A DNA stretch of 64,000 bases from an uncultured Chloroflexia bacterium (GTDB taxonomy: Bacteria; Chloroflexota; Limnocylindria; Limnocylindrales; CSP1-4): contig CAVPPB010000001.1 in assembly GCA_963707215.1 (NCBI GenBank), forward strand, positions 128,001 through 192,000. Reading direction: 5' to 3'. The position numbers were made by a program, and so were the translations under genes. A model generated the notes under the pieces. The model ran no database searches, was not told the DNA's origin, and saw only the letters and a program-made list of their open reading frames with translations. This document shows, one piece after another, positions 57,467-64,000 of the stretch (positions within the stretch are counted from its first letter, which is position 1; every line of letters starts with the position of its first letter).

Positions 57467-58453
57467 ATGGGCATGGACACGATCACCGCGGAGGATCGAC
57501 TGGACCCGCTGGGCAGCGGCGCGGGTGGCGACGTCATCTCGGCCAAGCCGGCGTCGCTCTGGAAGGACACCGTCCGCAACATCCTCCGCCAGCGCTCGGC
57601 GATCGTCGGGCTGACGATCCTCATCGCCTTCACGCTCGTCGCCATCTTCGCCGAGCAGATCGCGCCGTTCGACCCGGACACTCCGGTGATCGATCCGCCC
57701 TACAACGAGGACGTCAGCCGCCAGGACCTGATCTACCTCCAGCCGTGCATCCACCTGCTCGGTTGCCCCGAGACCCAGCCGCAGCACATCATGGGGCTGG
57801 ACGGGAACCTCCGCGACGAGTTCAGCCGGGTCGTCTTCGGCGCCAGGGTGTCGCTCTGGATCGGCTTCGCGACGGTCGGCTTCGCCATCGTCATCGGGAC
57901 CTTCCTGGGGGCCGTGGCCGGCTACGCCGGCGGATTCAGCGACAACTTCCTCATGCGGATCATGGACGTCGTCCTGAGCTTCCCGAGCCTGCTGCTGGCG
58001 ATCGTCATCGTCACCGTGCTGGGGCCCGGGCTCATCAACGCCCAGCTGGCCATCGGCATCGTCGCCATACCCATCTACGCCCGGGTCATGCGTGCCTCGG
58101 TCCTCTCGATCCGCGAGCAGGACTACGTGACAGCGTCACGGGCGCTGGGTGCCGCCGGCGGCTGGATCCTGTTCCGGCGGATCCTGCCGAATGCGATGAC
58201 GCCGCTGGTCGTCCAGGCGACGCTCGGGATCGGCGGGGCGATCCTAGAGGTCGCGGCGCTCTCGTTCGTCGGTCTCGGCGCCCAGCCGCCCCTCGCCGAG
58301 TGGGGCTCGATGATCGCCGTGTCTCGAGGGTTCCTGACCACGGTGCCGACCCTCATCCTGTTCCCCGGCATCGCGATCACCCTGACCGTCCTCGGCTTCA
58401 ACCTGCTCGGCGACGGCATGCGCGATGCCCTCGACCCGCGACTCAACCGCTGA
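57467..58453 (+). CDS. Peptide ABC permease (DppC/OppC)
   Basis: SRVVFGARVSL, ILPN, EWGSMI, NLLGDGMRDALDPR. Confidence 0.93.
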   Translation: MGMDTITAEDRLDPLGSGAGGDVISAKPASLWKDTVRNILRQRSAIVGLTILIAFTLVAIFAEQIAPFDPDTPVIDPPYNEDVSRQDLIYLQPCIHLLGCPETQPQHIMGLDGNLRDEFSRVVFGARVSLWIGFATVGFAIVIGTFLGAVAGYAGGFSDNFLMRIMDVVLSFPSLLLAIVIVTVLGPGLINAQLAIGIVAIPIYARVMRASVLSIREQDYVTASRALGAAGGWILFRRILPNAMTPLVVQATLGIGGAILEVAALSFVGLGAQPPLAEWGSMIAVSRGFLTTVPTLILFPGIAITLTVLGFNLLGDGMRDALDPRLNR

Positions 58454-58457
58454 CCCG

Positions 58458-59648
58458 ATGACCGAGCCGACCACCACCATCGAGGAGCTCGTCCGGCCGA
58501 CGACCCCCCGGCAGCATCCGCCGCGGGGCGACAAGCCGCTCCTCGTCGTCGAGGACCTCCACACGTCGTTCCACACCCGCGACGGTGTCGTCCGGGCCGT
58601 CGACGGGATCTCGTTCAGCGTCGACCGAGGCGAGGTCGTCGGGCTCGTCGGCGAGTCGGGCTGCGGCAAGAGCGTGACCTCGCTCTCGATCCTGCGCCTC
58701 ATCGCCAAGCCCGGCCGAATCGAGGGCGGACGGGTCTGGTTCGACGGGCGCGACCTGCTGGCGCTGTCGGGCGACGAGATCCGCAAGATCCGGGGCGACC
58801 GGATCAGCATGATCTTCCAGCAGCCGACCTCGGCCCTGAACCCGGTCTGGGACGTCGGGCGCCAGCTCGGCGAGACCCTCGAGCTGCACCGCAACATGAA
58901 GCGCAAGGCGGCCCGCGACCGGGCGCTCGAGCTGCTCCAGATGGTCGGCATCTCCGACCCGGAGCGGCGGCTCAAGGCCTACCCGCACGAGCTGTCGGGG
59001 GGCATGGCCCAGCGGGTCATGATCGCGATGGCCCTCGCCTGTGAGCCCGACCTGCTCATCGCGGACGAGCCCACGACGGCGCTCGATGTCACGATCCAGG
59101 CCCAGATCCTCGACCTGATGCGCCAGCTCCGCCAGGAGACCGGCACGGCGATCATCCTCATCACCCACGACCTCGGCGTCGTCGCCGAGATGTGCGACCG
59201 GGTCGCGGTGATGTACGCCGGCGAGATCGTCGAGCAGACCGACGTGCGGACGCTCTTCCGCGAGCCGTCGCACCCGTACACCCGGGGCCTGATCGGCTCG
59301 ATCCCGGTGATGGGCGAGATCCGCGACGAGCTGGCGGTCATCCCGGGCAACGTCCCCAACCTCATCGACCTGCCGCCAGCCTGCCGGTTCGCACCGCGCT
59401 GCGCGGCCCGGGTCGAGCACGAGCTGACGATCTGCGACGAGCGCCACCCGGAGCTGCACCCGTACGGGGAGGGTGAGCACGACGTCCGCTGCTGGCTCTA
59501 CCACGCCGTGGATGGGGCCCCGCTGCCACGACCCGAGATGACCAGCGTGCCCATCCCCGAGCGCCAAGCCGACCCGGCGGTCCGGGGCACCGTCGCGGGC
59601 CCCAGCCCGGTCGTCAGCCCGCCCGGATCCCCGGAGATCCGACCGTGA
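58458..59648 (+). CDS. Peptide ABC ATP-binding protein (DppD/OppD)
   Basis: [35 protein letters not shown]. Confidence 0.93.
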   Translation: MTEPTTTIEELVRPTTPRQHPPRGDKPLLVVEDLHTSFHTRDGVVRAVDGISFSVDRGEVVGLVGESGCGKSVTSLSILRLIAKPGRIEGGRVWFDGRDLLALSGDEIRKIRGDRISMIFQQPTSALNPVWDVGRQLGETLELHRNMKRKAARDRALELLQMVGISDPERRLKAYPHELSGGMAQRVMIAMALACEPDLLIADEPTTALDVTIQAQILDLMRQLRQETGTAIILITHDLGVVAEMCDRVAVMYAGEIVEQTDVRTLFREPSHPYTRGLIGSIPVMGEIRDELAVIPGNVPNLIDLPPACRFAPRCAARVEHELTICDERHPELHPYGEGEHDVRCWLYHAVDGAPLPRPEMTSVPIPERQADPAVRGTVAGPSPVVSPPGSPEIRP

Positions 59649-60673
59649 CCGCGGCGACCGCCGACCGCGCGCCTCGGGCGAACGGCGCCGCCGGGAGCCC
59701 GCTGGTCGAGGTGGACGGGCTGGTCAAGCACTTCCCCATCAAGGGCGGGATCCTCCAGCGGCAGGTCGCCTCGGTCCAGGCCGTCGACGACGTCAGCTTC
59801 ACCATCGCCCGCGGCGAGACCCTCGGCCTGGTCGGCGAATCCGGCTGCGGCAAGACCACCGTGGGTCGGCTGCTGCTCCGGCTCCTCGACCCGACCGGCG
59901 GGACGATCCGCTTCGACGGCCAGGACATCACCCGGCTCAAAGGGAAGGCGCTGAAGCCCTACCGGCGCCGGATGCAGCTGATCTTCCAGGATCCCTACTC
60001 GTCGCTTGACCCGCGATCACCGATCGGCGACTCCATCGGCGAGGGCCTGCGGATCCACGCCATGGGCAACGCGCAGGAGCGAGCGGACCGGGTCAAGCGG
60101 ATGATGGACATGGTGGGGCTCCAGTCGTACCACGCCCGCCGCTACCCCCATGAGTTCTCCGGCGGCCAGCGGCAGCGGATCGGCATCGCCCGGGCCCTGG
60201 TCCTCGAGCCCGACCTGGTCGTCTGCGACGAGCCGGTCTCGGCCCTCGATGTCTCGATCCAGGCCCAGGTCCTCAACCTGCTCAAGTCACTGCAGCGCGA
60301 GCTCGGCCTGACCTACGTCTTCATCGCCCACAACATGGGCGTCGTCGAGCACATCAGCGACCGGGTCGCCGTCATGTACCTGGGACGGATCGCCGAGGTC
60401 GCCGGCCGAGAGCGGATCTTCGAGCAGCCGGAGCACCCGTACACCCAGGCGTTGCTGTCGGCGATCCCGATCCCCGATCCGGAGCTGCCCCGCGAGCGGG
60501 TCATCCTGCGAGGCGACGTGCCGTCACCGGTCAACCCGCCGAGCGGCTGCCGGTTCAACCCGCGCTGTCCCCTTCGGGCCGAGATGGACATGCCGGTCCG
60601 CTGTGTCGAGGAGGTCCCCGACCTCCACGACGGCGTCGACGGGCATCTGGTGGCCTGCCACTTCAGACCCTGA
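59645..60673 (+). CDS. Peptide ABC ATP-binding protein (DppF/OppF)
   Basis: [28 protein letters not shown]. Confidence 0.93.
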   Translation: MTAATADRAPRANGAAGSPLVEVDGLVKHFPIKGGILQRQVASVQAVDDVSFTIARGETLGLVGESGCGKTTVGRLLLRLLDPTGGTIRFDGQDITRLKGKALKPYRRRMQLIFQDPYSSLDPRSPIGDSIGEGLRIHAMGNAQERADRVKRMMDMVGLQSYHARRYPHEFSGGQRQRIGIARALVLEPDLVVCDEPVSALDVSIQAQVLNLLKSLQRELGLTYVFIAHNMGVVEHISDRVAVMYLGRIAEVAGRERIFEQPEHPYTQALLSAIPIPDPELPRERVILRGDVPSPVNPPSGCRFNPRCPLRAEMDMPVRCVEEVPDLHDGVDGHLVACHFRP

Positions 60674-60702
60674 TCCGGGTCGGCTCGGCCGAACGGTCGG
60701 CC

Positions 60703-62025
60703 CTAGAAGGGCGGGCGCTCCGGCTCCTGCTCCGTCACCGTCGGCACATCGGCCGTCACGCCGGGCGTCTCCGCGTGCTGGGCGTCACCGGTGGGGGCGA
60801 CCACGTGTGGGCCCCCTCCGACCTGGCCGAGCCCCGCGGTCGATGCGTCGTTCGGCTGCGGGCCCGTCGGTGGGACCGCAGGGTGATCGGCCGCGCGCGG
60901 TTGGAGGAGCGGCGGAGGGGGCGCCTCACGGGCGACCGCTTGTCCGACCACGTCGTCGGGTAGCTCCTCGGACCAGTGGCATGCCGCCATGTGGCCTCCG
61001 CCCATGTCACGGAAGACCGGGATCTCGGTCTCGCAGTTCTCCGGGTCGCCGAGGCGTTCGCGGAGCCAGCAGCGAGTGTGGAAGCGGCAGCCGGACGGCG
61101 GCGCGGCCGGCGAGGGCACGTCTCCGGTGAGGACGATGCGCTTCTTGCGGACCCGCGGATCGGGGTCCGGGACGGCCGACAGCAGGGCGACGGAGTACGG
61201 ATGCCGCGGCCGGGTGTAGAGGTCGTGGACCTCGGCCGTCTCGACGATCCGACCCAGGTACATCACCCCGACCCGGTCGCTGATGTACTGGACGACGGAG
61301 AGATTGTGGGCGATGAACAGGTAGGTGAGGTTGAACTCGCGCCGCAGGTCCAGGAGCAGGTTGAGGATCTGGCTCTGGATCGACACGTCGAGGGCCGAGA
61401 CCGGCTCGTCGCAGACGACGAACTCCGGGTCGAGCGCCAGGGCCCGGGCGATGCCGATCCGCTGGCGTTGCCCGCCCGAGAACTCGTGCGGGTAGCGACG
61501 CGTGTAGTCGCGCCGCAGCCCGACCGCCTCCAGGTAGTCCTCGACCCGCTTGTCGCGGACCTTGCGGTCGGCCCACCGGTTCTCCCGCGTCGCCTGGGCG
61601 ACGAGGCCCTCGCCGATGATGTCCGAGATCGGCATCCTCGGGTTCAGCGAACCGACGGGATCCTGGAAGATGATCTGCATCCGCCGGCGCAGGCGCTTGA
61701 GGTCCTCGCCGGTCTTGTCGAAGATCTCCTCGCCCGAGATCGTCGCCCGGCCCTCCGTCTGGGGCTGCAGGCGGATGAGCGTCTTGCCGAGCGTGGACTT
61801 GCCGCAGCCGGACTCTCCGACGAGGCCGAAGACCTCGCCCCGCCGGACCTCGAACGAGACGTCGTCGACGGCCTTGACGTCACCGACATGGCGGCGCAGG
61901 AAGCCGCCGTAGATCGGGTAGTACTTCTTGAGGCCCTCGACGCTGATGAGCGTCTCGGCGCCGTTGCCGGTCGCCGACCCCTGATCCGCGACGTCGACCC
62001 GGGCCGTCGAGGGTTGCTCGCTCAT
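60703..62025 (-). CDS. Peptide ABC ATP-binding protein (OppF-type), second system
   Basis: [27 protein letters not shown]; long Pro-rich tail. Confidence 0.93.
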   Translation of the reverse strand: MSEQPSTARVDVADQGSATGNGAETLISVEGLKKYYPIYGGFLRRHVGDVKAVDDVSFEVRRGEVFGLVGESGCGKSTLGKTLIRLQPQTEGRATISGEEIFDKTGEDLKRLRRRMQIIFQDPVGSLNPRMPISDIIGEGLVAQATRENRWADRKVRDKRVEDYLEAVGLRRDYTRRYPHEFSGGQRQRIGIARALALDPEFVVCDEPVSALDVSIQSQILNLLLDLRREFNLTYLFIAHNLSVVQYISDRVGVMYLGRIVETAEVHDLYTRPRHPYSVALLSAVPDPDPRVRKKRIVLTGDVPSPAAPPSGCRFHTRCWLRERLGDPENCETEIPVFRDMGGGHMAACHWSEELPDDVVGQAVAREAPPPPLLQPRAADHPAVPPTGPQPNDASTAGLGQVGGGPHVVAPTGDAQHAETPGVTADVPTVTEQEPERPPF

Positions 62026-63149
62026 GCCCGAACCTCCGCGCCACGAGGACGCACCCTCGGCGGCGTGGCCCCGCCGGGCGCCCGCGTGTACAGCCAGCAG
62101 GCGACGTCCTGCGGGTCGGCCTCCTCGATCCGCGGATCGTGGTCGGCGCAGGCCTCGAACGCGTAGGGGCAGCGGGGGGCGAAGTTGCAGCCCGTGGGCA
62201 TGTTGAACGGGTTGGGGACCGTCCCGGTGATGACGTTGAGGCGCTGGCCCTTCATGCCCCGGGATGGGATGGAGGTGAGCAGCCCCTCGGTGTACGGGTG
62301 CTTCGGCGAGAGCAGGACATCGTCGACGGTCCCGGTCTCGACGATCCGCCCCGCGTACATCACGACGACATCGTGGACGGTCTCGGCGACGACCCCTAGG
62401 TCGTGGGTGATCAGCATCAGCGCCGCGCCCGTGCGGTCCTGGACCTCGCGGATCAGCTCGAGGATCTGGGCCTGGATGGTGACGTCGAGGGCCGTCGTCG
62501 GCTCGTCGGCGATGATCAGCTTGGGATCGCAGGAGAGCGCCATGGCGATCATGACCCGCTGGCGCATGCCGCCCGACAGCTCGTGCGGGTACTGCTTGAC
62601 GCGGCGCTCCGGGTTGTTGATGCCCACCGCCCGGATCGACTCGATGGCCTTGTCCCAGCCGTCCTTCTTCGACAGGCCCTGGTGGAGCATGACCGCCTCG
62701 GCGATCTGGTTGCCGACGGTGAAGACCGGGTTCAGGCTGGTCATCGGCTCCTGGAAGATCATCGCGATCTCGTTGCCCCGGACGGCCCGCATCTGGTCGT
62801 TGCCCAGCGTCAGCAGGTCGCGACCCTCGAAGATGATCCGGCTCGACGGGGCGTCCCCAAGCAACTCCTTGACGTCGTCGGGCAGGTCCGACTGGTTGGC
62901 GTCGGTCGGGATCCAGGTGGGCGGCGTGTCGTGGAGCCGCATGACCGACAGGGCGGTCACGCTCTTGCCGCAGCCGGACTCGCCGACGATGCCGAGCGTC
63001 TCGCCCCGGTTGATCGAGAAGGACACGCCGTCGACGGCGCGGACCACGCCGTCCATGACCTTGAAGTAGGTCCGCAGGTCACGGACCTCGAGGAGCGCCT
63101 CGGGAGACGAGGCAGGGGCCGCCTGGGCGGCCACGACTGGAGCCGTCAC
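62022..63149 (-). CDS. Peptide ABC ATP-binding protein (OppD-type), second system
   Basis: [26 protein letters not shown]. Confidence 0.93.
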   Translation of the reverse strand: MTAPVVAAQAAPASSPEALLEVRDLRTYFKVMDGVVRAVDGVSFSINRGETLGIVGESGCGKSVTALSVMRLHDTPPTWIPTDANQSDLPDDVKELLGDAPSSRIIFEGRDLLTLGNDQMRAVRGNEIAMIFQEPMTSLNPVFTVGNQIAEAVMLHQGLSKKDGWDKAIESIRAVGINNPERRVKQYPHELSGGMRQRVMIAMALSCDPKLIIADEPTTALDVTIQAQILELIREVQDRTGAALMLITHDLGVVAETVHDVVVMYAGRIVETGTVDDVLLSPKHPYTEGLLTSIPSRGMKGQRLNVITGTVPNPFNMPTGCNFAPRCPYAFEACADHDPRIEEADPQDVACWLYTRAPGGATPPRVRPRGAEVRA

Positions 63150-63153
63150 GCGG

Positions 63154-64000
63154 TCACTCCCTGGATCGCGGGTCGAGGGCGTCGCGAAGCCCGTCGCCGA
63201 TGAAGTTGATGGCGATGACCGTCAGCGCGATGGCCATGCCCGGGAAGAACGGCCACCACCAGTTGCCGACGGCGATCGTCTGCTGGCTCCGGGCCAGGGC
63301 GTTCCCCCAGCTGATGTCCTGGGCCTTGAGGCCGAAGTTCAGGAACGAGACGAACGCCTCAAGGATGATCGCGTTGGCCACGAGCAGCGTCGCCGACACG
63401 ACGATCGGCCCGATCGCATTCGGCAGGATGTGGCGGAAGGCGATCCGGACGTTGCCGACGCCGACCGCCTTGGCGGCCTGGACGAACTCCTGCTCACGGA
63501 GCGACAGGTAGAGGGCCCGTACGAGCCGGGCCAGCCCTGGCCACGAGAGGAGACCGAAGATCAGGATCAGCGGGAGGAGCTCGCCGGCCCCGAAGAAGCG
63601 GGCCGCCACCAGCACGATGAAGAGGAACGGGATCGTCAGCATCAGGTCGACGAAGCGCATCAGGAACCCGTCCACGCGGCCCCCGAAGAAGCCGGCCGCG
63701 GCGCCCACGCTGACCCCGATCGTCACCGCGATCGCCATCGTCGACATCCCGATGATGAGCGACAGGCGCGCCCCGTTGGAGACGAGCGACCAGACGCTCC
63801 GGCCGGCCCCGTCGGAGCCCATCGGCGGCAACTCGACCGGGCTGAAGCCCTGCGGACCGGGCAGGTCGGAGCGGAGGCTCAACGGATCGTAGGGCCAGAA
63901 GATCGGGCCGAAGATCGCCAGGAAGACCATCACCGAGAAGATGAACAACCCGACCATCGCCATCTTGTGACGGCGGAATCGGCGCCACGCCAGCTGCCAC
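63154..64000 (-). CDS. Peptide ABC permease (OppC-type), 5' truncated by window edge
   Basis: [37 protein letters not shown]. Confidence 0.92.
   Translation of the reverse strand, partial: WQLAWRRFRRHKMAMVGLFIFSVMVFLAIFGPIFWPYDPLSLRSDLPGPQGFSPVELPPMGSDGAGRSVWSLVSNGARLSLIIGMSTMAIAVTIGVSVGAAAGFFGGRVDGFLMRFVDLMLTIPFLFIVLVAARFFGAGELLPLILIFGLLSWPGLARLVRALYLSLREQEFVQAAKAVGVGNVRIAFRHILPNAIGPIVVSATLLVANAIILEAFVSFLNFGLKAQDISWGNALARSQQTIAVGNWWWPFFPGMAIALTVIAINFIGDGLRDALDPRSRE

Overview
A very GC-rich bacterial chromosome segment of mostly housekeeping genes. Gene content and style suggest Chloroflexota or a similar lineage (inference only). In order: a nucleoside/sugar ABC transporter; gatC-gatA-aminotransferase-gatB; ligA; an FMN alpha-hydroxy-acid oxidase; pcrA/uvrD; groES-groEL with a CIRCE operator; metG-tatD; a P-type ATPase homologue; a 7-gene signalling operon; a 10-gene de novo purine operon ending in a PurN-PurH fusion; ssb; rsmI; a split NAD synthetase; and two convergent peptide ABC systems. 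Several genes at 11.7-18.5 kb, 25.2-26.1 kb and 37.0 kb have frameshifts that look like assembly errors. No rRNA, tRNA, CRISPR array or mobile element was seen. The best candidate for an undescribed system is 27.5-37.2 kb: a MinD/ParA-like ATPase (RGGTGKS), two Cys-rich solute-binding lipoproteins with no ABC partner, a dCache hybrid kinase, an amino-acid-permease-like protein with extra soluble domains, an Hpt protein, and a response regulator with only a HAMP-like/coiled-coil tail. Other notable items: a P-type ATPase that has lost nearly all catalytic motifs, a MetRS with a swapped HIGH motif (GLHT), a circularly permuted DppA, a structured leader before purA, and frequent leaderless genes.
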